A stretch of DNA of 63,942 nt, filler included, from Psammoneis japonica (Eukaryota): assembly GCA_008632985.1 (NCBI GenBank). It is 3 parts of 3 records of this genome, joined end to end, with 100 filler letters (N's around TTAATTAATTAA, not from the genome) between each part and the next. Parts side by side here need not be neighbours in the genome. Positions count along the whole stretch, not along the records: positions 1 to 26,279 come from QPGO01000422.1; 2 more parts are not named here. One strand, 5' to 3'. Under the pieces are notes generated by a model, which had not been told where the DNA came from, ran no database searches, and saw only the letters and a program-made list of their open reading frames with translations. The translations under genes and the position numbers were made by a program. This document shows positions 11,301 through 23,059 of the stretch, piece by piece. How positions within the stretch are numbered: the stretch's first letter is position 1; each line of letters begins with the position of its first letter.

Positions 11301-12129
11301 AAGGATGCTCCACCGCCCCTTGGCAAGTTCGTCACTGCCACCCACTGCGTCGATGCAAACTTGTGCCATTGCATGCTCACCGGGCGCTCTGTCATGGGAA
11401 TGCTCCACTTCCTCAACAAATTCCCGGCTGATTGGTTCTCCAAGAAACAAGCCACCGTGGAGACTGCAACCTACGGATCTGAATTTGTTGCCGCAAGGAA
11501 TTGTGTTGAGCAGATTGTCGACCTGCGCATCACCCTGCGCCACCTTGGCGTCCCGATCCGTAATGTCAGTTACATGTTCGGTGACAACAAGTCGGTTGTA
11601 GACAGTGCCACCATCCCGCACTCCAAGTTACACAAGCGACACACCGCACTATCGTTCCACCGTGTGCGTGAGGCAATTGCCTCTGGTTGCCTTGAGTTCC
11701 ACTTCATCGAAGGCTCCCGCAACCCTGCTGACATTCTCAGCAAGCATTGGGGTTGCTCCCAAATCTGGGACCTTCTCCGACCCCTCATGTTCTGGAACTT
11801 CATTCCATCCGAAGTCGAATCTGTTTCTGTGGCTCCTCAAGCAAACTGGGGAGTGACAGGATTTGAACAGGATTTGGATGCGCGCGAAGCATCACGCGCT
11901 GTTTAGTTTACCGCGCACAGTTTTGTGTGCTTTAGTTCCGCGCGTTCACGCGCGATGTAGTTTGCTTTCTAGCCACAAGGCTCACAAGAACAATGACAGT
12001 AGCCCGATTGTGCCGACTTGCACGTCTTTCGGCTCCTGCAACGGTCTCTGAGCGGAGACTCATCTGCCATTTAGACAGCAGCAAGGAGTCATTGTTTGAA
12101 TTCTTGCCATTTGCCTTCAATTTCTGTCA
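8326..12129 (+). mobile_element. Copia copy 2, 5'-truncated (starts just after protease; integrase-RT-RNaseH plus 3' LTR)
   Basis: Begins gaatgggacaccctg (equivalent to ~4494 of copy 1) directly after the copy-1 3' LTR; pol frame open to 11906. Confidence 0.95.
11854..12129 (+). repeat. 3' LTR of copia copy 2
   Basis: 276 bp, same family LTR, PPT upstream. Confidence 0.97.
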
Positions 12130-12407
12130 TTCAGAATGTGGTTCTTCCGTTGATCCAGTTGTTTGCACCGGACTTGATTCTCGTCAGTGCAGGGTGCGAT
12201 TGTGCCTCCGGCGATCCCCTCAGCAGATTTGCCATCAGCCCGCATGGGTTTTCATGCATGACAGGAATGATTGCCGGCACAATGATTCCATCGCTGTTTG
12301 CACTGGAAGGAGGCTACGATGTCGATGCAAGTGGTGCACATCCTCATCAGGCCCTTCGCACCAGTGTTGCCTGCGACAATTCAAAGTCTGTTGGATTTTG
12401 CAAATGA
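12130..12407 (+). pseudogene. Histone deacetylase family C-terminal fragment, cut by the LTR
   Basis: VLPLIQLFAPDLILVSAGCD..SGDPL....SPHGF..MT......LEGGY equals the HDAC F.PDL..VSAG(Y/F)D..GDP(L)...LEGGY motifs; aromatic of AGxD is Cys. Confidence 0.85.
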
Positions 12408-14744
12408 CAAGACAAAGTCGCTCCTATTTGGACGATTCATGGTTGAAACAGTCCGACTTGAAACCAAGATGGTCGTGGCGAAAGCTGTGCATCGAGCCAA
12501 ATTGAATGTGGCAGAGAATGATGGTTGACGGACTGAAGAAGGCCTTCATTGAACATGGTGCATGGTTCGTTCAGTGGGTCAGTTAACCAAAAGACTGCCA
12601 TTGCTCACACGACACCTGCTGCTCATGACATCGCTCAAGGCCAACAAAGGTGCGAGTTCCATCATTGTGTGTGTGTTTTTTTTTCTTTGGCTTGATCCCG
12701 GTCAACCGATGCATTTGATCCGAAAGGCGACTGTAGAAACGTCAAAACACTTGTCCAGATCACAGCTGTCAACACTGTGAAGCTCTTGACCAAATGTTTG
12801 TCCACTGCAGGAGCGACCCTGCTGAACTCAACATCATCGCCCGCACTAGAGGGGCGCTCTCCTGGAACGCCTCTTTGCAACCACCAAACTCTTTGGCAAA
12901 TGTGCAGTGCTAGAAGGAATTCATTTCGGCATTCTGGATTGCGCTCTAGAGGATCAGTGTCTTTTGGAGCTTGTCCCGCTTCGAATGGCATCCAGGATCT
13001 CTTTGTTGGTGCTGTTAGATGCATTGCATGAAGGTGGATTCTGGTTGTTGATCATGACGTTGGTCTTTTTTAGCCCTCACTCTTGAGTGACCTGATTTGA
13101 TCTTGCAGCTGTGTCAAGCTCTTCTCCCCTTCTTTTGTCTTGTTCGAGAAACAACGATGGGTGTTTGAGCAGGACAGCCACAGAAGAGTGCGTGAAGGAC
13201 AGCCTTTGACTGAGATTTCAGATTTTCAGGTGCCGCCTCCACCTCGTCTATGCTGCTTCATGCTGCACGACGGTCTGGCCCTGCAGTTCTTCGATGCTGT
13301 CGATGATCAACTCAGTCTCAATGGTGTGTTTGAAGAACTTGAGAGCAAGCTGTCTTAGAAGCCACTCCAAGTGCTCAAGATCTGCAGATGGGCCAGGCTT
13401 GAGTGTTGCTCCAACAAACACCTTGAGGATGGATGCAAACCAGCTGACATTGCTTGCCAGAAGAAACGTTGTTTCTGCAGTCATGACCATGTTGACAAAC
13501 CAAACTCAAGTCAAGGCATCATTGAAAAAAGCCTGGAGGTTACCCAGCTGCACAAAGAGGAGAGAAGTGCAACTTCCTCAAGCAGGCAAAAAGCAAGAAA
13601 CATCAACTGGTGCCAAAGTTGGAAGAGGCTGTTTTCATCTGCTGTTGCTGCCTGGTGGGGAGCATGCAACAGATGCACTCAGCACAACTGAGTGCCAAAT
13701 GTGCTCAAAGCATGACTTTGTGTTTGTTCATGAGCACTGTTGTGCCAGTCCAGTCCAGTCAATTTTGTGCTGGTTGTCACTGGCTGCAAAGGTTGGCTGC
13801 TTTGCTGCCTCCAAACTCTGACAACAAACTGCAGACTCTGGAGTTGCAGCATGTGAAAATGCAGCTCAAGTGGCAGCTGCACAACAGGCTCACTCAAAGG
13901 AGTGTGTGTGACATCTCACCAGCACAATCGTGGGCCATGTGGAACTGACAAGGCTGAAAAAACAGAACAAATCCATGGATTCAAATGATGCTGAGATGCT
14001 GTGAAGTGTGGCAAGCCCACAGCTTTCACACAAGTCTGGCACCAAAGTGCAGGGCCTGGGTTCTGCAAAACAGGAGCATGGCTGGCCCACCTGCCACAAA
14101 CCTGCCCACACTCTAAACAGTGTCAAAGACTTTTGTTCTGGTGTGTGCCAGTTTTTTTGTTGCACTTCTCTTGTTTTTTTTTTTCTGTTGCATCCTTTTT
14201 GCAAAAGAGCAGCTCATTGTGGCATGCCACTTCTGCAGGTGACCTGAGGGAATGCCATCTAGAAACTTCCAGAGCCAACACACAAGAAAAGCAATTGCCT
14301 CCCCCCACTTGCACATCATTGGCAGCTCCGCCACATTCAGGTGCCATTTTAACTCCACCTGTTGGAATGTTGAGGTGCAAGGCAGTTTTTGGAGAACAAA
14401 GAATGTTGCAGTGAAGAGTGCGCTGACACAACTGTTGATGATGTGGCTGATTCATGTTGCAACTTTTGATGAGTTGTGGGTCTTTTGCTCACTTTTTGAC
14501 TTCTCCTGCTGCACCCTGTTGACATGGCAACAGTGGCAGCAGCAACAAAAATGCATTTGCAATCCATGCGGTGAGTCAGGGATTGGCAAAACCAAGCATG
14601 TGCCAGTTGACAAGCCACAAAATTCTCACACAGAAGTAAAAAAGGCATGGCATGATGCTCAAAGGAGTGGCACTGTTCAAAAACAAAGAAGCAGTTTCTG
14701 CTGGAGGGCCTTGAGGCAGCTGTGAGGGCCTGCTGAAGGAGGGT

Positions 14745-15852
14745 GTGGCAAGGTTGTGCAGACTGGGAAACATGGGTGAAGGTGCAGCTGAGTGCTGCAA
14801 AAGCACAAAAGATTCAAAGGAGTGGGTGCATGACACCATTGCCAAGTTGGGCCAACAGGAAGATGGTTGCATGGAAACCACAAAGAAAATCAGCAAGTGC
14901 ATTGGAAGAATGTTCAGGTCAGAGATGCGGGTGTGCTGGCATCTCTGAGGCAGGAGATCAAACCAGAAGAGAGCCAGAAAATCCAACAGGAGCAACTGGC
15001 TCAGAGAAGGACAAGGTGATCTGGGGGAAACAATGCTTCCACCATGTGAGTGAAACAGAGTGTGATCTGCAAGATGCAGAAGGTGAAAGCATTTGACACA
15101 ATTGCAGGACAGTGTGCCATCACAAGGTTAAAGGAGTGACAGAGCTCACAAGGGTTGTGCAAATGGGAGCATCTGGTGCTCACATGCTCAGGCAGTGAAG
15201 GCTTGGAAGCAGTTTGCACTTGATTGTCAAGATGAGGGAGAGGCAACTTAAGATTGCCACAATCAGCTCATTGGCACTGTGGAGATGGTGGAAGGGGTCC
15301 TGGACTGCAGCAGAGTTGTCCTGGAAGAAATTGCCAAGAAAGAAGAAGATGGGTTCAGCACAGATGCTGACAACACCCAGAAGAAAAAAAAGAATGAACG
15401 AAAGAATGAACAAAAGAATGAACAAAAGAACGAACGAAAGAACGAACGAAAAAACGAGCAAAAGAATGAAAGAGAGCAAAAGAACAAAGAATGAAAGAAA
15501 GAAACAAGTTGTCAGCAGTGCTGAAAATGGAAGGCACCAAGGAACATTGGCAAGTCTTGGAAGACCCACACCAGCAGTTTGTGCTGGGATTGACGGTTGT
15601 CCCACTTTGGCCAAGGAGGCAATGCAGGCAGCCCCGCTGGACATGCATGGAGCCAACAAGAAGAAGCCCAAGGGTGCAAGCCAAGTGCAATGTGAGAAGA
15701 AGCAGGCACAATGCTGGAAACACAACAAGGCTGGGAATGTGAAAAAGGATTGTCCTTCGCTCAATGGCAATGACGATCATTCACAGGTGGAGTCAGATGA
15801 TGCAAGCCATGGGAAATGGCAAAGCAGTCAAAGTGGCATTGGCGGATCATGA
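14745..15852 (+). pseudogene. Degenerate retrotransposon gag-like relic with zinc-knuckle remnant
   Basis: QCWKHNKAGNVKKDCP at ~15708-15755 resembles CX2CX4HX4C; upstream PTG..GSEKDKVIW.K.. resembles diatom LTR gag; frames broken. Confidence 0.5.
15390..15500 (+). repeat. 12-bp minisatellite (AAGAAYGAACRA; reads KNEQ/KNER)
   Basis: aagaatgaacga aagaatgaacaa aagaatgaacaa aagaacgaacga aagaacgaacga aaaaacgagcaa ... Confidence 0.9.
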
Positions 15853-17043
15853 CATGGTTTCTAACTGTCATCCCTCTGTGATCTGTGCATGAGGCTGATC
15901 AAATGATGGCTTGTGCAAAGGAGTGTGTCAGAACATTGAGGTGCGAGGCAGTTTGTGCAGGACAGGCAGACAATGTTGCAGCGAAGGACACACTGGTTGC
16001 TGTTCATGACATTGTGCGCCAAGAATTGGCAAGCCAAAAAATTCCAATGCTGCCAACAACCAATTCTTTGCCAGGTTCAACTTGTTCTAACTCTGCCATT
16101 GCCAACAAGAGCAGTGCAGACAATGTTGCAGACATTGTGCTGCCATGCTCTGGCAGAGTCTTTTCTCCATTTGTTCAGTGTCTGAGCACTGGCAGTGTGT
16201 TCATGGTGAGAAATGTCAGCCAGGCCCAAGTGCCTGGTGGAAGAGGCATGAAAGTTCTGAATGTTGGTTCTGCTGTGTTTCATAAATCAGACTGTGGTGT
16301 GTGCACATTGGTGGAAAAGCCTTTGTGCGATGTTTGTTGGAAATTTCGTTACACACGTGACTGAATGCTAGCTAGTGAATGAATTGATGTGCGCAAAAGA
16401 CGCGCGGCGGTCATTGTCTCAATGATTGTCAGAAAACGTCAAACAATTTTCTATTAACGAATTCTCTTTTTAAAATTATAATGGCCATATTATTCCATTT
16501 AAGTAATGACTGTGATCCAATTTTCCCTCTAAGTAACATTACCTGGACGCAGTGTACAAATCCATATGACAAATTTCCTTTGACAATTTTTTACATAGTC
16601 GCAACCACTCTGTTCTCCTCTTCTGTTTTTGCATTTCTCGCTCGTCTCTCCAGCGAAGAGACAATGGGCACCACCAGAATTCGAACGGCGAGAAAAGGGC
16701 GTAAAGCACACTCTCAAAGACAGAATGGGGGAAAGCTTGCCACGACAATGTGATGGAACTCTGGAGATGCCGACATGGCGCACTGGACTGTCTTGTATCA
16801 TACAGCAGGGGGTGTTACCGGATCATGATGAAGATTCTGCAGCGATGCGATTCGGGAGGCGTTACCAATACAGTTCCTGTTTTTCAAGAATCTTCTTGTT
16901 TTTTTTTTCTAAAAAAAGGAACACATGCATTTGCGACTCTGCAGAATCCGCCAATAGAATTCCTCTCACATTTTTTTCAAAAAGAATCTGTTTCAAAAAA
17001 AAACACACACACACACACGTGTTTGGTTGCAAAACAGTTCAAG

Positions 17044-18621
17044 ATGAAACTCGTCGGTGCGGTCCTTGCCGTCGTCATGGCCCAGCAGCATGTTGCGGTA
17101 CGTGCAAATATAACATACTGATTTGTTCGTATTGCGTACTTCTCATTCTTCCAACTAAACGGTTTTGATATTTCGTTGCTATTATCTTGTTTTTAAAAAT
17201 AGATGGCTGCCAAAAACATTACAGACCTGGAAAAAGGCGCTTGCTGCCCACAGCCAGGCTCTGACAGGGTTTGCTTCAAGGGAACACTAACGGAATGCCT
17301 TTTGCTGGATAATGGCGGCATTGATTGGATCCCTGGTGTGTCGTGTGCGGACGCAAATTGTCCTACCTCGCCTCCCACCAAGTCTCCGACGCCTTCTCCC
17401 ACCAAGTCTCCGACGACGTCTCCCACCCTGGGTCCTACCGCGTCTCCCACTACGCCAGTACCCACTGCGCTTCCTACCCCGTCACCAACACCCTTTGATC
17501 AGAGCCCGGGTGCTTGTTGTACCTTGTTTAAGGGATGCATGTTTTATTCGCAAGAAACATGCAAGTTGGATGGTGGCACATTTTTGGGTCCCGGCGTCTC
17601 GTGCAAGGACGCTGATTGTCCCATCAAGGGAGCTTGCTGTAAGGAAGATGGCTGTGAGTTTACCTTTAAGAAAAAGTGTACCAACCACATGGGCGAATTC
17701 AAGGGATTTGGTGTCCAGTGTGAACCCGGTTTGTGCCCGACCAAACCGCCAACGCCAGCTCCAACCACCGCCAAGCCCACCATGAAACCCACCGTGACTC
17801 CTCCTCCTACTGGGGCATGCTGTGATGTCGAGAAGGGTGAATGCGAGCAAACCACGGAAGAAGATTGCGACACGGGCGTATTCCTCGGACTCGGAATCAA
17901 GTGCAAGCCGGGTATTTGTCCCACAAAGACATCCCCTGGAGCGTGTTGCCTCGAAAGCGGAGAGTGCCGTTTCTGGTCTCAAAGGACGTGCGCTACAAAC
18001 GGAAGCTTCTTTTTGGGTCCTGGTACAAACTGTAAAAACGTTGTTTGTCCCGTCAAGACTCCAAGCCCAACTCCTACTCCTGCCAAGAAGCCGATCGGAG
18101 CTTGTTGCTTCGACAGCGGTCTTTGTCGCAACCTCAGGCCGTCCAATTGCAGAAAGAGGTACGGCAAGTTCATCGCTATCGGCACCTTGTGCAACCCCGA
18201 CAATTCCTGTCCCATCTCGGACACCAAACCCACCAAACCCGGAGCATGCTGCTTTGCGAAAAAGCGATTCTGCAAAGTCCTTGGAGAGAAGGAATGCGTC
18301 AGACGCGGTGGAAAATTTTCGGGATCGGGCGTCAAGTGCAGCAAAAAGACCTGTCCCGCGGCATATGGAGCCTGCTGTCTGTCGGACGGTTCGTGTCTTG
18401 TGACGAGGAGGCAACGATGTGACAAGAAGGAGGGATACTTTAGGGGATTTGGTACCAAGTGCAAGAAGGACACTTGTCTTGATGATCGCCCCGGAGCTTG
18501 TTGCTGGAGGAATGGCAAGTGCAAGACTCTTAAAAAGTCAAAGTGCTGGAAAAGAGGAGGAAAGTTCAGGGGAGCTGGCGTCAAGTGCGGGAAAGGCACT
18601 TGTCCTGTCAAGCCTTACTAG
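17044..18621 (+). CDS. Secreted Cys-rich protein with nine GACC repeats and Pro/Thr linkers; exons 17044-17097 and 17203-18621
   Basis: Exon 1 MKLVGAVLAVVMAQQHVA (signal-peptide-like); phase-0 GT..AG intron 17098-17202 (gtacgt...tag); nine GACC-C-C-(G.F.G.G)-C-C units. Confidence 0.9.
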
Positions 18622-19203
18622 AGAAATAGTGAGTTTTCCTTTCTTTGTTGTCTCGACATGAAAGGGTAATATAGTGACAAAAGTATGTGTATACTATGGC
18701 CGAAAGTCTGAGACTGTAGAGTAGCGTAGTACTATGATAGTGTCAACTAGTAACTGATCAGATATCAGATCTGTTGGCGTGATGTGAATGAATCTTGGTG
18801 GCGGTTGACTTGAATGTGATCGTATTCGAACTTTGAGATCTTTCGCGCCAGGACAAACCCGCTAGCTGAGCTATCATATCAGTCGAATCTGCTGGGTGCT
18901 TGTTGCTGCTTGCTTTGGCCTTTCCATGCTAATGTCGTGTTGTCGTGGTCGTTGTTCCTGCGCTGCTCTCTCTAGAGTAGAGTAGTAGCTCTAGAGTAGT
19001 AGACAACTACCGGTACTTGTAGTACGGTAGATTCCAAAATACTGCCGTCTGCCCAACGTCAGTAGTTGGTGTTCAAATCGTTCCAACGCAACGGCCACAT
19101 CACGTAGCGGTTAGTACTTTTTTCTACGGCGTTGGATCCGCGGCGTTGAGCAAGTATCATTTGTTGCCATTGTTGTTGCTGCTAGCAAACAACATTCCTT
19201 ACC

Positions 19204-19605
19204 ATGGCACGATCCTACGCACAGGGCCGCAAGCCCAAACAAAACAAGAATCGCAGGCAAAGTGGTGGTAAACAAGGTGGTGGTAGTGGAAACAAGAAGC
19301 AAGGCAAACAGGTTGCTGCGAAAAAAGACAATCGATCCAAACGCCGCGGTGGACGTCGTCCTCCTCCTCGTCGTCGCTCCGAACGCCAAACTAAAAATCC
19401 TGCAACGGCAGAAGAATTGGATGCTGCCATGGATGATTATTGGATCAAGAGTGACAACAAGGAAGCAGCCGGAAAGAAATTAGATGAACAAATGGATGAG
19501 TATTGGGAGAAAAAGAAAGAGCCTGAAGAAGATGCGAAAGAAGAAGAAACCGCAGAGGATGCAAAGGAAGAAGCTAAAGAAGAAGAAGAAGAAGAAGCGT
19601 CGTAA
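19204..19605 (+). CDS. CHTOP/FoP-duplication domain protein (Arg/Gly/Lys-rich RNA-binding or export-adaptor-like)
   Basis: Basic G/R/K-rich N-terminus, duplicated motif TAEELDAAMDDYW / KKLDEQMDEYW, acidic tail. Confidence 0.85.
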   Translation: MARSYAQGRKPKQNKNRRQSGGKQGGGSGNKKQGKQVAAKKDNRSKRRGGRRPPPRRRSERQTKNPATAEELDAAMDDYWIKSDNKEAAGKKLDEQMDEYWEKKKEPEEDAKEEETAEDAKEEAKEEEEEEAS

Positions 19606-19929
19606 GGAAAATGATGCCACGAATGCGGGGATAATGTATGAATTTTGGTAGCTTCTAAAAGGGCGTGGTTTTGGTATAACTCTCGGTATGGATAGTTTTT
19701 GAGAAAAGAGACGGGGACAAAGACTCGATCTTATATAAGCTAGAGAGCAAAAAATCATTCAACACAAGAAAAAAATGAGCTGTACGCAACAGTTTTTGTG
19801 GTTTGGTTGTGCTCGCATTGTTTATATAATTTCCCTTTCTTGTGACACAAAGGCTCTGCGTGAAAGACCCACCAGTCTCTTCGTTTTTTGTTCGACCAAC
19901 CACAGGGCTCGCAAGGAAAAGGTTTTAGC

Positions 19930-21540
19930 ATGGAGTCATTGCAACAACATTCGTGGCAAGTTTCTGTTCAATTTGTTGTTCCTGTTCAACTTGTTGTTCC
20001 TGCTGGCATGCCCATGAATGCAGTCACGCATCTCATACATGAGACACACACACAAACATGTGTGTGCACAAAGTGTGGGTCGACAATTTTTTTTGCTCAC
20101 ATCTCATGGTGTTGTTTGTGCTCTTCTCTGAGGAGTCAAAGTCAAAAATTATCATTCACATTTTCAATTTCCATTCATTCCATCTGATGGCAAATGACAT
20201 TTTGCCATCCATCTGCACACCCTTCCTCCCATGACCTGTGCATTTGGCACTGGGGTGCAGGAGAGTTTTGGTCGCCCTTCTGACTCCTGTGTTGGTGGGG
20301 TGCTGTGACCTGCCTCTGAGAGATCTGCTGTGAACCATTTCTCTCTGTCTTGCAGAGTCTACCAGCTGCTCTGCAATGGAGCTGATCATCAGCTGACATG
20401 TTTGTCAAATCATTTGGCTTCTTGTTTTGTGGCGCCATCTCCACCAACATCATCTCCTGACCCTTTGCAGCACTCAGAGGAGCACTCCCAGTTGGTGCTG
20501 TTGCTGTTCTCTTTTTGTAGAATGCTTTGAATCAGCACACTTTTTTTGGCTTCTTGCTTGTCCAAACATCCAGAGTCCAAGCAACAGCTCCTCTGCAGGT
20601 GAGAGCCCACTGCCGCTCTCATCATGGATTCTGGCAAGCTTCAAGCCATTCCAGAGCACAGCAGCCAGCCAGTGGCAGTGCCAAAAAGGAAATCTGCATT
20701 GCTGGCAGCCAGACAGGTCATGCCACCCACCATGTTTTTTCTGTCTTTTTTGGGCCAGATGTGCTCTTTCGTAAAAAATGAGCATCTGGCACAAGAAGTT
20801 GAGAGAGAGAGCCACCAGATCTGGGTTTGCTTTCAAAAAAAGTGCCTGGAAGAAGGCCAGCTCAATGCCTTGCAAACAAAAAATCACAAAAGCAAAAACG
20901 CCAATGAGCACACAAATGAAGCAACAAAAATGTGGCGCCAAAGCTGTGCTGGACATTTTCGTGGTGCCAAGTGTGATCTCTTGCACACTGTGGCAAGCCA
21001 GGACAAGTCAGCGCACTGCACTCAAGTTGCCACTGGTGCTGGGACATGCACCAGCCACAGCACTGGGTGGCACAGATGTGCTGCACAGCGTGCTTGCAAA
21101 AAAGCCATGTCACACAACTGTTTTTGGGCCTCAAATGGCGGCAACAGCTGCTGCACATGGGCGTTGCCGTTGGCAAAAGAAAAGCAAAGCATTGGCTGGT
21201 GGCAAAGAGACAGCTCCTTCCCTTGGCCAGCATGATGCTGGAGCAGCTGTTGCTGACCTTCATGACATGGGCGGTGCTTCTCACAATGGCTGCGCGGCCT
21301 GGCTCAGGGTGTGCTCAGCCCCAGATGGGTTGCGCGCACACAAGGGTGTGACGTTGCGCAGAAGAATGGCAAAAAAGACGAGTGACTCGGCAGCTCAAAA
21401 AGTGCAGCTTTGCCGCTTCCACTGAGATCTTGCTTCTCAATCTCCAGACTAAAACATCTTTGCACTGTGGGCCTGATGCTTCCGCTAAACTCTTCCACGT
21501 TCCCTGCAGAACAAGAACATTGCACATCCGCCAACACCAC
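19930..21540. other. TA/CG-depleted degenerate block between two intact genes
   Basis: Almost no TA, few CG, TG/CA-rich; flanks have normal TA. Confidence 0.8.
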
Positions 21541-21819
21541 CTAACAACAACACCTAAATGTTTTGAAACAATTATGACCGGCAATTGATCATCGAAATTC
21601 GGCACTGGCAAAATGACCGTTGACATCAACTTTGAATTTTCAATCAGGTTGTAGTGCGGCAGATATTTATGCCCACTTATTGAGTCCCGTTACGGTCATT
21701 TTTAAATGCGCAAGTCATCGAGTCATTGCAACGGTTGTCCCGGTCACTTTTTGGAGACCATCGCTGAGACACATAAAATTGAAAGAAGTCGAGAATTTCA
21801 GCCGTTGCAATCCTTGACC

Positions 21820-22863
21820 ATGACATGCCGGCAATCGTTCAGCGGCAGGCTGCTGCTTGCTCTCGCTTCCTTCGCGGTCTTTGTCGTCCCCGTTTTCGCC
21901 ATGAACAAGGCTGAGTTGATCGACGCGATTGCGAGTGATTCGGGTCTCAGCAAGGCAGATGCCAAGCGCGCTCTTGACGGTTTCATTGTCGCGACTCAGG
22001 GAGCGCTGAAAAAGGGAGACAGAGTGGCACTAGTTGGCTTTGGCTCCTTTTCAATTTCCAAACGAGCGGCCAGAACCGGACGCAACCCGCAGACAGGCAA
22101 GGAAATCAAGATTGCTGCCAAGAATGTCGTAAGGTTCAAGGCCGGTTCCGAACTTGCTGGTAAAGTAAACAGAGCTCTAAATGAAGAGGTTGCCAAGAGG
22201 GCTGTCACGGGTGAGAACAAGTACACCGAGGTTACAGAAGTTGTTTCTCAAGTGAATCCAGAAGTGACACCAGAAGAAGATGGCGTCTGCAGCCACGGTT
22301 GGGGCACGGTTCTCGCCGAGCAGGGCATTCGCATCTCTGCGAGCCTTCGATTCCTTCCGGCGTTTGCCAAGGTAATTGTAAGGGCTATCAAATCAGGCGA
22401 GGATGTCGACATTGCGAATTTTGGTGTTTTCGGAGCTTTACAAGAGGGCGATTCTTTGTCCACATCCTTTGAGGCGTATCCCGAGTTTGCTGTCCCAGTC
22501 TTGCGCGGCATCAACGAACAATATTTCAATCTCATGAGGCTCGAGCTAAAGGTAATATCACACGGTGACCACAGCATTTCTGATTTGACGTCTTGTGTAC
22601 TTCAAATGGCTGTGCTTTCGAAAGAATACGGCGACGAATTGATGCTCGAGAGAATTGCGAAGATTCAAAAAGAAGTCATGGCGGACAAGGACGGCCTTGT
22701 CGAGTTTTATAGAAAGTGTCGGGAGCCGGCAGTTGATAGAAAAGTTCGCAGGGAATGTAAAAATGGTGCTGCAGGTACGAGAGTACGAAAAGCAATGCAG
22801 GAGTTGAAGAACTTGTCACAAGACATTCGAAAGGAAGTTCAAAACAAAAAGAACAACGGTTGA
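21820..22863 (+). CDS. hup: Signal peptide + HU (DNABII) + degenerate HU + Hc1 histone-H1-like fusion protein, 347 aa
   Basis: 21820-21900 hydrophobic leader ending VFA; 21901-22170 [11 protein letters not shown]...[12 protein letters not shown]...[25 protein letters not shown]; second motif [17 protein letters not shown]-terminal [31 protein letters not shown]. Confidence 0.92.
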   Translation: MTCRQSFSGRLLLALASFAVFVVPVFAMNKAELIDAIASDSGLSKADAKRALDGFIVATQGALKKGDRVALVGFGSFSISKRAARTGRNPQTGKEIKIAAKNVVRFKAGSELAGKVNRALNEEVAKRAVTGENKYTEVTEVVSQVNPEVTPEEDGVCSHGWGTVLAEQGIRISASLRFLPAFAKVIVRAIKSGEDVDIANFGVFGALQEGDSLSTSFEAYPEFAVPVLRGINEQYFNLMRLELKVISHGDHSISDLTSCVLQMAVLSKEYGDELMLERIAKIQKEVMADKDGLVEFYRKCREPAVDRKVRRECKNGAAGTRVRKAMQELKNLSQDIRKEVQNKKNNG

Positions 22864-23059
22864 GCATTATACAGAATCGGAGCGAAAGCGCCTTGGACCC
22901 TATCGTCTTAATATCAAACGGAGCGATAGCAAGAGTACGTTGTGACAACTCATATTACTGTATCCAGTCTCTTCTTATTGAGTAGATGCTTTGCTTGGCA
23001 TTCGTGCCCATAACAGATGCGGGTTTGCTTCTTACCGACTTTTTTACGACACCCGAGAA

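Larger units (their letters stand above)
12500..16345. other. TA-depleted (and from ~13300 also CG-depleted) TG/CA-rich degenerate repeat block
   Basis: TA dinucleotides nearly absent over ~3.8 kb; Cys/His-rich spurious ORFs in all frames. Confidence 0.85.

Noticed and set aside
2521..12129. Classical RIP or CpG deamination as the cause of the TG/CA excess in copia
   Set aside because: Direction is A:T->G:C (conserved Tyr to Cys/His), CpG is retained and no stop codons are gained.
21820..22863. Bacterial contamination as the source of the HU gene
   Set aside because: Contiguous with eukaryotic genes and host-type mutated repeats; added leader and fusion; no operon context. Read-level confirmation is still advisable.
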